From: Callorhinchus milii
Lineage: Eukaryota
Assembly (NCBI RefSeq): GCF_018977255.1
Contig: NW_024704743.1
Location: 94,924,001-94,988,000 of the forward strand
Direction: 5' to 3'
Length of the DNA: 64,000 nt
The notes beneath the pieces are model-generated. The model had not been told where the DNA came from. It searched no databases and saw only the letters and a program-made list of their open reading frames with translations. The translations under genes were made by a program, and so were the position numbers. Every line of letters begins with the position of its first letter. The stretch's first letter is position 1. Of the stretch, positions 1 through 11,993 are shown one piece after another.

Positions 1-605
1 GGACTGGGGAGACTTCAGTAAGCCAGAGGTTCTAGATAGGCCCAAGAGGGCTAAAAAGCAATAAATCTTTCAAGGTGAACTATACTCCCAAAATAGTTAG
101 ATAGAGAAGGGAGATTTGTGAAGCACAGACAGATACCCAATGAACACTTGAATAGATCTGACAGACAAGAAGCAAGTAAACGTGGTTCCCATATTTAAAA
201 AAGGGGCAACTTTGTCAATTGCGAACTTGTTAGAAGTGTGTCAATAACTGAGTCAATAATCAGAAGCAAATGGAAGATTGTACAAAAATAACCTAATAAA
301 TAACAGCCAAAAAGGAGTAGATTTTGCCAAGCCAATCTCAGATTTTTTTTTGAGACAATCACTTTCCAATTGACATGGAAAGCTGTATGACACAGTAAAC
401 TTTATAAAGATAGTAAATTTTCAAAGATCTCTTGTTAAATCCCCCTATAAGAATTTCATTACAATGTAGAGTTAGCGGATATGGATTAGTAATTGGCTAT
501 CGGGAAGAAAACAGAGGGACAATGTAAAGGGAGCTAGGTTGAAATATGGAAGGTATTAAATAGGATTCCTTGGGAGTCCATGTTGTGAGTTCTTTTTACT
601 GGCTT
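1..605 (+). mobile_element. Degenerate CR1-type LINE ORF2 (RT) fragment
   Basis: Decayed CR1 motifs: aacgtggttcccatatttaaaaaagggg (NVVPIFKKG) and tggattagtaattggctatcgggaagaaaacagagg (WISNWLSGRKQR); many stops and indels. Confidence 0.75.
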
Positions 606-680
606 TAACAAAAACATAATAAGAATCTTATTAAGATTAATAATTGCATTAGCAATTAATCTAATGCCTTTGATCTTGTC

Positions 681-883
681 AATAATAATAATCCTTGCAT
701 TTGATATAGCGCTTTTCACGTCGGGAGGACGCCACAAAGCGCTTCACAGAACACACTGTAAAGTGAATTGACTGTATATTTGTGGGCGAACGCGGCAGCC
801 AATTGCGCACAGCAATGTCCCACAAACAGTCGTAGATTGAAAATGACCAATTTATTATTGTTTTTGGTTTTGGAGGAATTATT
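681..883 (-). mobile_element. Young tRNA-Ala SINE (family A), 5'-truncated
   Basis: Near-identical to the 3' two-thirds of copies at 4138, 21927 and 52907, including the (TTA)n tail. Confidence 0.92.
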
Positions 884-884
884 T

Positions 885-1050
885 GCATCTCAAAACACTT
901 CACTGTATTTTGTAGACAAACATGGCATCCAATTTGGACACAACAATGTCCTACAAACAGTCATAAATTGAATGGCCCATTTTATTTCGGAGATTATTGC
1001 CAAGCCAGGACAACAGGAGAAACTCCCTTCTCTTAACCAGTATATAGGCA
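885..1050 (-). mobile_element. Old SINE remnant (Deu-SINE-like), interrupted by the copy at 681-883
   Basis: Diverged version of the shared SINE 3' block, resembling 28681-29118; its tail appears to resume at ~640-680. Confidence 0.55.
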
Positions 1051-3044
1051 TTTTATCTCTGATTTTAACTTTGGTTTGGGATAGGAAAGCTTAGATAAAT
1101 GCTAAACGCAGATGGAATTGTCCATTACCTTGATCTCCCAACATTCCCATCCTGTTTTCTCTACAATGTTGTTAAAACTAGCACCCAGGAATTTCAGACA
1201 CTAGATTCTGTGATCTTAATGAGCTGAAACTGATAGCAGGACATTTTTAAAAAAAAATAGCTGATTGGCATAACACTTTTTGTGGGGTTTAATTGTTTTG
1301 CTCATGGAGTATTTTAATGAGAAACAAAGATCAGTTGTTATCACCAAACCCCTGGATTGCAATGTTGTATGTTACATTATGTTGAAGCTCACAGTTCTAA
1401 TAGTTTTATATCTGTTTTAACTGAATAATATGCAAGATGTTTTAAGCAGCAATTGTTTAAATGGTGAATCGTGTATGCTGTTTTCTAAATGTCGGCAATA
1501 AGCTACTCCAGCACCAAGAAAAACTACCTCTGGCCTCAGCCACTACATTGACAGCAAATGTCTGAAGGCACTGAACCAGGGAAACATAAAAACCAAACCA
1601 AAAAATTCTGATCCTATTACATTTACATTTATTACACTAAATTGTTTTGCTTTGCTAATATTGCCTTTTGTCACTTTCAAAATCAAATGTGCCTTTCTTT
1701 ATTATAAGCAAAAAGCAATCATATTACTTTAAAATACATAAGCTGCCTTGTGTTGCGTGCTAATTTGAATAATCAGCTTTTGTCACCAGCTACATTTGCT
1801 CGAAAAGCATATGAGAAATTTGACAAAATGTACTTTCGATGAATTTCTCAGAGTAAATGTTTGTACTAAAATACACATCGGTGAGCACTGCACTGACAGA
1901 AGAGCTGGCGGATGTGGCAGTAGTAATCGAAGGTGCTAAGCCAGCTGTCTCGCTCTGTTTGCTTGCTCACTGCTTTGGGCATATTGCCAACCTCATTGCA
2001 AATAACTGCATTAGTCAAGTGTAACAGAATTATTACAACACAGCGTCCATCTCGTTTGTGCATTTTCTAAATCTCAACAACACAGAAGATTTTTTTTTCA
2101 ACTTGCTGACCTTTGTACCTGTACCAAACCCGAAAGTTCTCTTTTCCTCCAGATTCTGGCAGTGCAACAATGTTTGCCTGCTACTTTATGAGGCCGATAC
2201 CTTCTCAGCGTGATGTGCCGTGCAGACAGAATTCCTGATTGCATCGTGACACATGATACATGTTCCTAGCCTATGGGTGGCATGTCTGTAGAGAGAAACG
2301 TACCACACGAATCTACTACTACAATCTAGAATCTATTACAGAAACAAAAGAAATGAGTAAAACCTGTGCACATCTCAGTTTAAGCTTTGCATATGAGTTC
2401 AAAGTGAGATTAATATACATTGTTCTACACCTATGCTGCATATTTATAGCATATAACAAGCACATTCACAGTGTGTGAATTACTGGATGGTATTGAGCAT
2501 TTGATACCATGCAAAGAAAGTATGTGGTATTGTGAGCCTTTGTCAGCAGACCTGGAGGAAAAGTTTAATTGATTGGTTTTATCAATGATGAATGAAGTTC
2601 AAATAAAGCTTTAATTCCAAATAAAAATAGGTGGAGAAAAATGCAGTCTTTTTGTAAGTAGTTTTCATTTTCACTATTGTGCACCTCAGATAAATGATTG
2701 GTGCATTCTGCCTGTGGCATTGCATACTAGGTCCTGTATTACTCCTCTTTTAGGCAGAGGTGGAAAAAAATGCTGGCTACGGCAAACCTATAATGCAAAA
2801 ATGCCAACAAATAAAAAAAATCAAGAAATATTCCCATCAGAATTTTTATGTTCTTAGTGTCGTAAAATCGATTAGCTAGACAATGATTAACTTCACTACG
2901 TTTGAATTTGTTGATGTTTTCACTGTAAATCAGTTGAATATAAATCATATGCAGAGATCTCACCAGAATTTACAAAAAGGACTTCTTAGCATATTAAAGG
3001 GGTCTAAAACGTAAGGACTATTGCAGAAAATATAACTTGGTTTC

Positions 3045-3106
3045 TTTCCAGCTCCTTGCGACGTCCTCCCAACATGAAAGGCACTATATAATTGTAAATG
3101 TATTGT
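3045..3106 (+). mobile_element. L2 3' tail fragment
   Basis: ccttgcgacgtcctcccaacatgaaaggcactatata matches the L2 tail at 42433-42499. Confidence 0.7.
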
Positions 3107-4137
3107 TTCTCTTTTTGGTACAGAAGGTGAATGCAGTTTTCCATTGTTTTTAAGAGGATTAATTTCACTTGCATCATGGTTTGTGCAATGGCAAATGTTT
3201 CCTTATTAATAATTATTTAAAGGATCTAGCATTTATTGAAGGTTGTGCTACACAATGTATCTTCCTTTCAAACCATCAGTGTTAAAATCTGATGTTTGCT
3301 GAACCAAATTTCAGCTCCTTTTAAACAGGAATTTAAATTTGTCAATTTTCAATGCAGCAAGAGATCCTAGTGGCATGGAGCAGAAATGGATCCAGTTTCA
3401 AGATCTGTTCCCTTATGCTCCCAATTTGAGTTGTGTTGAGCACAGATACTCTGAATGGAGGCTCCAATATCTCCCAGTTGGATGGGTACAAGGAATCATA
3501 AGTGACAGTCATGCCTGGTAGCTCCTGGCAACCATCAATAGGGACATTGGCATGAGCCTGAAAGCAAGCGCTCTGCCCGCCATATCAGCTGCAAACATCA
3601 AGCCAGGTGGATTATCACAGAAGGAATAAAAATTGAAACACAAAGGAGGAACCTTGCCCATAATATCCCTGCATGAAAATATTCAATTAATTATAAATAT
3701 AATATTTCTCCTAGAATTCCAAATTATACACTGCGATGTTGTGGAGAAATCCAGCTTGTAACAGTGTTTGTGTAGAACATTATTGCTTCTGCTTCAGTGC
3801 ATTTTGGGGTTGTATTCCATAGTAATGTCATTTGTTGCATTGCTACACAGAATTTTCACAGAATTTTGGCTTAAAAAGAAAACAGTTGGATACAATTTCA
3901 TCAAATTTGCATGTCAAAATTTAACCTTGTTGCTCACTTTTTAACCCTTTGGTCACTCTGAATTTTCCATTTAACTTTTGTCTTCATATCTGAGGTTATT
4001 TCAGGTAACTTGATACTCCATCTAGTTTGCTTACCTGTTCCCCAATAGATTTGCCCCATTGTTCAATATGTTTGTTGCTAATTTTAGTATTTATTTATAG
4101 GATTCAGCAATGTTGACTTCTGCTGGGAACAATATAA

Positions 4138-4455
4138 ATAATAATAATCCTTGCATTTGATATAGCGCTTTTCACGTCGGGAGGACGTCCCAAAGCGCTT
4201 CACAGAATATATTGTAAAGTGAATTGACTGTATATTTGTGGGCGAACGCGGCAGCCAATTGCGCACAGCAATGTCCCACAGACAGTCGTGGATTGAAAAT
4301 GATCGATTTATTATTGGTTTTGGTTTTGGAGGGATTATTATTAGGCTCTGTGTGGAGTAAGGAAACGTGCCCAAGGTTTCGCCCTCTGCCTGGAATTGAA
4401 CTCAGGTCTCTCGCTTGCAAAGCGAGTGCTCTAACCACTGAGCTACAGGACTCCA
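4138..4455 (-). mobile_element. Full-length young tRNA-Ala SINE (family A)
   Basis: Reverse complement of the tRNA head (A box TAGCTCAGTGG, anticodon arm CTCGC-TTTGCAA-GCGAG, B box GAGTTCAATTCC), body and L2-type tail; possible short TSD (a)taaat. Confidence 0.95.
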
Positions 4456-4719
4456 TAAATTGGGATCCTTGTAGTCTATGTGGCTTACTTTCACATTTGT
4501 TGCATTCACAATCGGCAGGAGTGCAATAAACATTACAGTTCTGAATCAGTCAGCCAGCACCTTTCTAAAGTGGGGAAAAGTGATGAATACTAGTCTGTTT
4601 GCATTGCTCTTTTACACCAGCTCTAAAACCATCAAGTACTTAAGCTTAAAATCAATACATGTATAAATTTTGAAACAAAATCTCCATTACTTCAACTATC
4701 CTGAAAGCTTTTACAGTTT

Positions 4720-5030
4720 TAAGGCTGCTTCACCTAAGTGACCAGTCTTTGCATGCAAGCCCGGAATCAAATGCTAACAAACTATATGAAGTTGGGCGCA
4801 TCAATCGAGTTTAATCCTTCCGTCACCTCAGTATATCCACTTTTTATAGAGGTCACAAGGAAAGGGATCAGGAGCAGGATCCCTGACTGACTTTTCCCTC
4901 CCTAACCTTAAGGAAGCAAGGCCGAATATAGCTTCCAGCATAGACTGGAGACTGACCCTGGGACGTGACCGCCTGTGTGACTCGGTTTCAACTATACAGT
5001 GGCTTTCCAATTAAACCACTGGGGGAAGTA
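4720..5030 (-). mobile_element. Old SINE-like repeat, family B
   Basis: Core gatcaggagcaggatccctgactgacttttccctccctaacc is homologous to ~15300-15430 and ~53349-53480. SINE status and strand are inferred. Confidence 0.6.
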
Positions 5031-5642
5031 CAATCAAATGGCCTTGATAAAATAACTGTACAAGACACAAGCACCCCGGATCTCTTACAATGTGGCGCTT
5101 TCTAAGTAACATTCTAAGTATCTGTTTTGCATTGGAGAAATAGGTGAGGTTCACCTGAACTGACAAAACAAAGATTTTGCAAAAAATAAGTGTTAAGACT
5201 TTAAAGTTGAACTATAACTATACCCAGTGAGTCGTGCATTATTCACTTGGTTATTTAATAATTTCACCAGGATGTTGGTTAATCAAAGTATTGTGGCCTT
5301 GGACCAAAACATTGTCCATAGTCAATAATCTGACCTTGTGATAGGTGTACTAGATGTGCAGATTCCAAGAGATATCCCTTGGTTAGATTGTGGCTTATTT
5401 ACTAACAGTTTTGGAAGATGTGTAATTCTAAAGTATGCAATTAACATAGGACCATTTATACCCTATATGACTACATGTGTATTTTTAAGTCAAATTGGCA
5501 ACAGGGTTCTTTTGCCCTCCCACTTAATTTCTAGCTACATAAATGCCATAGGGACATACAGTAAGTGAAACAATGCTTAGCTGAGCCAAACTTACACTCA
5601 GTTATTATCACTCAACATATTCTATCTGAAAAATAAAAAAAA

Positions 5643-5835
5643 ATCATATAAGAGAGTACAGCATATTGGACACAGAAACTGACCATTCAACTCATCAAGT
5701 CTGCAGTGATGTTTTTTTCCACATTTTCCTTTAATCTAGTTTCACTTTCCTGTTTGCTCCCCATATTCTTAAATATTCCACTGTTTAAGCATCTAATTCT
5801 CTTTTAAAATAATTTATGGATTCTGTTTCAATAAC
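5643..5835 (-). mobile_element. Old CR1 3' end
   Basis: Resembles the reverse complement of the CR1 3' UTRs at ~22255-22418 and ~58440-58598. Confidence 0.6.
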
Positions 5836-6564
5836 AGGTAAGCTTTGCATGGAAGATTGTCTAGCTAGCAGCACTGACTCGCTGGACATTGACATTGAAC
5901 AACTAGCTGTTCAGGTTTGTCAATCATATGTCTAATGGGGCCACGAATGCCACATCTATGCAATATAATACCCCCAGCACTCTTGAGAATTCTGCAATAA
6001 CATAAAATTACCGCTACTCTGCACTCATAGTTCCCTTTGAAAGAGCTACAAACCTTTGGCATTGTTCAACAAAGCATCTGTCTCCTGCTTTTTAGGCACA
6101 TGGCTTACGATCACAAAGTCTCCAGAGGGAGTCACTGATTGTCTGGCTTATCTTTATCGAATGACCCCTATTACGAATCTCAGCTGCACCCGGTTTTGCT
6201 CCTTCTAAGCTTCTTCTGCAACATGCACTGATTACACAGGTACAAACAATGCAGCTCAAACTAACCCAGGCTGACAATAAAATACCAGGAATCACTCTTC
6301 AATCTCCATAAAATAAGGACAGAAATATATGAGCAATCACACTAGCTCATTTTCCAATTAAAACATAAGCTTTTAATTCTGAATGCCGAATGATTATTCT
6401 AAATTTAGGTACACACAAACTTTACACCAGCAGTTAAAAAAATAAACAAAAATAGAAAAATGGAAAGTTTTACCAACAATTCTGTTTTATTTTTGCAAAA
6501 CACTACTTGTCTTCACAGAACAGGAAACAATCAGACAAACAATAAAGCAGTCAGGCAAGTCCCT

Positions 6565-6570
6565 TCTCCT

Positions 6571-6605
<35 letters not shown>
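6565..6605. repeat. (TC)n microsatellite
   Basis: Direct read. Confidence 0.95.
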
Positions 6606-6608
<3 letters not shown>

Positions 6609-8869
6609 GTCCCAAAGGACTCTTCAGATAAGCGCTCTCCCTACACCAGGCAAAACACTTTGATCTAGTTCGTTATCAGGGCGGGTGGGTTCAACTCAAA
6701 CTTGAAGAAGTTTGGCCATTATCTCTGGGATAATGATCATGGAACACCTTAAAGCTTTTGCAGATCAACAATAAGGTGTTTTTCAAACTTCTTCCAAACA
6801 CAATTGAGCTGCCGGCATTGAGTGCTGAATATCCTCTTCCTTATCAGATATATCCAGTGGCTTGTCAGCTTTTTGATATTTTAAAATATTGAAAGGAAAC
6901 TATTGCAAGGGACTTTAGAACTGCTGTGTCCTTCACAGCTGAGAGAGGTGATGAACAATGAGCACATCCTCACGTTCTCTGCCACCATGTAGTACTGTTC
7001 CATCACGACTCATAGGAGAGTCTCAGTATCCACAGACAGCACCTCAGCAAGTTCTACATATAGCTTTTGGGACCTGTAAATCTTCTCCAGCAGAGAGTGA
7101 TACATCAATCAACACTTGCCTTCAGTTCATCCCTTTCCAATGACAAGATGCAAGAACCAAAATTCTACCAACACAATGACTTTTTTGGGAAACTCGTGAG
7201 AAATGGTCTGTCAAGGAACCCCCAGTGACTTGCCAGGGAGCCCCAAAGAACTGCAGGGGTCTGTCATGAAACCCCAGTAATTTGTTAGTGAGTCAGGATA
7301 GCCCAACTGGCCTATCACCCAGTTATCAAAAGTCCGTACAACAGTTTCAAGCACATAATTTGCTCTGCAAGTCTACAACTTACTGCATGCTCTGAATGCC
7401 GTGCTGAATACCCCTATGGTCGCTAGAATTTGGAGCCAATGGAGAATTGCATGCTGACGGGCATAATTGTCTACCAGCTGGAATTAAGGGCCTCAATTGG
7501 TGTTGCTGACAGTGGTAACAGATAGGATTTGGCCATTGCCTGGGGTGGACCGTGTTCATTGTGATAGGCACTAATTATACAATGATGTCTGTGGTACCAA
7601 ATTCCCGGCGCACTCTGTCAGGAATCATGATAATAACCCTGAATCATAACCCCCTAATATTAAAATATTTCCACAGGGCCTTTTATCCTATTTGAATCCT
7701 AGTCATTTATTGATGTATAGATTTTCAACTTTTTTTTGTTAGAACCTTGTTTTTTTTGTCATATAGAAATTAAGTTTGTGTGCAGTAACAGGCTAATAAG
7801 TCAGTAGCTTCTGTTGCTTGTTAAAGTCAAGCATGTGTCTTTGTTTCATGTTGCTAATGATGTGGAACCATGGAGGCCCAAGTATATTTCGCTTGGACGA
7901 TGTGGGAGCGAATACTGAGAGCTCATTACTTGGCTCCCCATTGGAATCCTGCAGGAGTCTGCTCATTGAAAAGACTGTGGGGGCTTTGACAGAATTATTA
8001 TACTGAATATTTTTAGACTCATTAAGTATATTACCAAAGCAAAACATCTTTTCTCTAACATGCAGATTTGCTGAAGCTATGACAATTTTGCTTTAGTTAT
8101 TGTGGTAAAATGAGGCTGTGCTTGAAAACCACATCAAAAAACATTTTTATGCTTACATTTTTAATTTATAACCAATATTTCACCATATTTTAATTTAAAC
8201 ACATAATTCCTGCTCATGATACCAGGACTTCTTTAATTATTTAGTTGTTCTGTATTGTGCCTACATAACCACATTTAAAGACAGGTGACACAGATACAAC
8301 AAATAGCTGTTTATATGCAATAATTCTCCCTATTTACATGCTTGGTACTTTCTATCATATCTGTTTGAACATAATTAATTAATAATGTCTCCCTATTGTT
8401 AGGACAGATGTACTATCCAGGATAAGAATTTTTGCACTATAGGAGAAAGGCTCTTTTGTGATTAAGCTAATTTACATGTACAAATGTTTTCCATTTTATA
8501 GAATTGATATGTTATTCCTAATAATGACACACTTGAGAAATGTAACAAGAGACCTTGGGTAGTTCTTCTTCCTCCTGAAGGCAATGTACTAAAGACTGAC
8601 AAATCTCCCACTCTAGGAAAAGCTGGAATGTCAATGTTAGTCAAGGGTACAATTCAGATTTACATCTCCTTATTGATAATCTATGTAATGTCATTAAAGG
8701 GCCACCAAAAGCTGCCTACATTCTTGTACACTGCCCAAAAGCACCTTTATCTGGGTTTAATTCCATGTTGCTGGAAGCAAAGCAATTTACTTCCAGCAAT
8801 GGAGCTGAATAGAATGACAATCCTGTTTTATACTTCCCACTCCTAATTACATTAGTTTATTATTATTAT

Positions 8870-9040
8870 TAATAATAATAATCTTTGCATTTTATATTGA
8901 TAGCACCTCATTACATTGAACTGTCTCAAAACATTTCTTACAGTTTTTCTGTAAAGTGTAGTGACTGCATTTTTGTAGGCAAATGCAGAAGCGAATTTGC
9001 AGGCAACAAATGTTCTGCAAATAGCCGTTAAGTAAATGGT
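8870..9040 (-). mobile_element. Old SINE 3' block and tail
   Basis: aataataataatctttgcat...ctgtaaagtgtagtgactgcat, a diverged version of the shared SINE tail. Confidence 0.65.
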
Positions 9041-9138
9041 AATGGAATCCCAACCTACTCTGTTGCAATAGGAGCAGAGAAAGAGATAAAGTAAACATAC
9101 AAAATCAGAGAGCGAAATAAATACAATGTTCGACAGAC

Positions 9139-9170
9139 TCAGAGAGAGAGAGAGAGAGGAGAGAGAGGGA
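9139..9170. repeat. (GA)n microsatellite
   Basis: Direct read. Confidence 0.9.
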
Positions 9171-11858
9171 TAGCAGTAGAGGCTAAAGGTTGGGACATGA
9201 GACATGATTTGATTTTTAGCCATTTTTCTTATTGAAGGTAGGAGACGCTATTGCCACAAGCTGGTCTCAGCAGCAGGGTTTCAACCTGATTCGCTCCTAA
9301 ATCACCCTGCTTAGAGCCAATTACGCTGCACTTTTTGCGGTGATTTATCACGAATAGTGCAGCACAGACAGAGCACTATTAGAAAATTAAGCTGAGAAAA
9401 GTATTTCCATAAATGAGCCTTTGGGGTTGATAAAGTGACAACGAAACCACAGCTTCTATGGCGTGAGTGCCTGAACAAGTGCTTTAGAAGATATAACAAT
9501 GTATCTCATGCAGGTAACCTACCTATTTCACACTGACTTATGTTGAGAACTCAATTATGTGGCAATCTCAGTTGGAGCAGAGTTCCATGAGTCACATACA
9601 TAGGGTTCACAGAGGCAAACTTTGCAAATCAGCATGCTTTTTCTGGTGTTCATGTCACTTACTCTGGGTTTTCCTCTTGGGACATTTCTTCAAACCCAAT
9701 GACTTTTTAGCACAAAAGCATACTGGGGGTAACATTAAGATGTACTCTTCTAAAAGTATCTAAACTGTATAGACTTCGTAGTTTCCAAATTTGTATGAAT
9801 CCTACTATAATGTTGTAATTTGATTTCTATAATAACTAAAAGAAAAAACGTGTAAGACCTAAATTTCAGCCTGGTTTCCTATAGTTACTTTATTTCATTA
9901 GTAACTGTTCTATAATGCCAGAAGGATTTGTGGTTCTTCATTATACAATTCTGTTAGTGAGGCCATGATCAGATTGCTTCAAAGTTCAACCTAATGGACA
10001 CATACAAACAAGTAACAGACAAGTGTAGTGCTACTCAAAGAACTTTCATGTCCTCCAGCTGCTGGGGCAATGTAACATACTGGTTAGTCAGCTGAAAATA
10101 GATCTAAACAAAAAAAAACAAATTTCACACACATCTGATCAAAGCCCCATCTTAGACTCATGCGGAATTTTAAGCTGCAGTCACACAGCATGAGCCAAGT
10201 GCTTTGCAACTATGCTAAATAGTCACTCCTTTAAATCTCACAACGTGGTGTAAAAACTTACTTTTTATGTTCAACGGCTAGTTATTTGTGCTGTTCCGAT
10301 TTTTGCATCAGGAGTAAAAATCTTATTTTACTGTAATAAATAGAATTATAGCCAGTGGTATTTTTATAGGGTGTTTTTTTTAATCTTGCTGGTGCATTTG
10401 TAATGGAGAAGTGATGATGCACTAGCTCGTTTTGATACTCAGCTGCCGGTTCTGTGGTCCGCAGGCTTAGCCATGCAGCAGATGTCAAAACGACACCATC
10501 ACACTAGAAATGGCCTTGCTTGTTTCACACATCACACTAATGTCTGAAAAATGCCAGTGGGAATGACACGTAGAACAAAGGAACCCAAACCTTTTTTATT
10601 GCAATTATTTTTATACCCTGACACAATCATGGTGGTTTATTCAGTAAATTTACTGATCTAGACAGTGTGGATTTTTCCTCTATGAAGATTATTCTTCAGT
10701 TGCACGATATATACTGATCTTGATGGCAAGTGTGTATTATATCCCGCTTGACTGTAAATTTACCAATGAGCAGCGGCTAGCACCTGAGAGTCTGTTTTCT
10801 TTTCATTTACATTATAGTCCATGTTTAATTTTGTTGTCAGTCACTGTGCTTCTATACATGGGCTTGTGAGATGCTATCTTGTCTATTTTTTTTCTTAGAG
10901 TTACAGATGGCCAGCGCTCATTTGATGGCCAATAAAATGATGACAGAAATCTATGTACGGGAACATTCTTGCAACAATGAATAGTTTTACCTAGTTTAAT
11001 TTAGCTAAAGCTTAAACCAGCTTGCTTTTTGTGACCATTTTATTTTTTAAAACTATTGTTTGTGGTTTATGTATTTCAAATAACTTTCCTAAATCCATGA
11101 GATGGAATAACTGTGATTAGGATTCCAACAAGTCATACAATCTCTGTTCTATTTTGCCATATCACATCCAATTTATTTTAGGGGTTGTTTTGCATATTTA
11201 AGGTTATTCCCTGGTTTTACTCTCGGTGAGACAAGGCAGACGGATGGTTTTTGTTTTTAATATTGTAGTTGAGTGGATGGATGGATGATGGATTTTGTCT
11301 GGAAATTTCTTGCGTGTTATTGTTCTCCTACAGCAGCTGAAGGCTGCTTAATGCTCTTTAGTTTTTTCATGCTCTGAAGCACATGCTGCTAGGCCATGAT
11401 AAGCTTTACAGGAATAAAAGCAACAGACACGTCCATCAAAGTTTTTTAATTTTATATCTTAAAGTTTGGGTGGGGCAAAGATATGCAGTTTGCGTAGCAT
11501 CAAAGGCTTCTTTTCTTTAAACAAAAGGGTGAAATAAATCCCGAAGCTGTCTTCATGGAACCGAGTGGAACAGAAACGTTTTACTCATCAGCTTTGCAGT
11601 CACTGGTTTGCCTCAGCTAGAACAAAACTGCTGAAGCATTTAGAGAAAATTAACCCCCCATCCTAGCAGCCAGATGTGACTGGATTCTGATGAATGCACA
11701 TGAGTGGGTTGCAAAATCAAGAGTCTGTGAAATTCCTGTCAGGCCTATACAGTAGAGAATGGGCTATTGACTGCTTTCTGTATTTCCCTCCATCATTCTT
11801 TTTGAACACTGCCATTAATTTCCCCTCCTACTCTGACTTTTTTTTCTTATCCTTTCAG

Positions 11859-11993
11859 CTCTCTTTACTGGAAAGCTGGATGCAGAAGGCAGTAGTGGAG
11901 CACTTCAAACGACGGGGCCTTTACAACCAGTCAGTGCTGGCTAAATTACTGTCTGTCTCTCAGGAGAACGCTAAGAAAATAATAACTGTGCAG
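11859..11993 (+). CDS. Internal coding exon (135 bp, phase 0/0) of an unidentified host gene: LSLLESWMQKAVVEHFKRRGLYNQSVLAKLLSVSQENAKKIITVQ
   Basis: Branch-like ctgac, long pyrimidine tract and ttcag acceptor ending 11858; CAG|GTACGT donor; length divisible by 3, open frame, protein-like helical composition; not repeat-derived. Confidence 0.85.

Noticed and set aside
2153..2356. Exon after the pyrimidine-rich acceptor cttttcctccag
   Set aside because: All three frames hit stops before any good donor.
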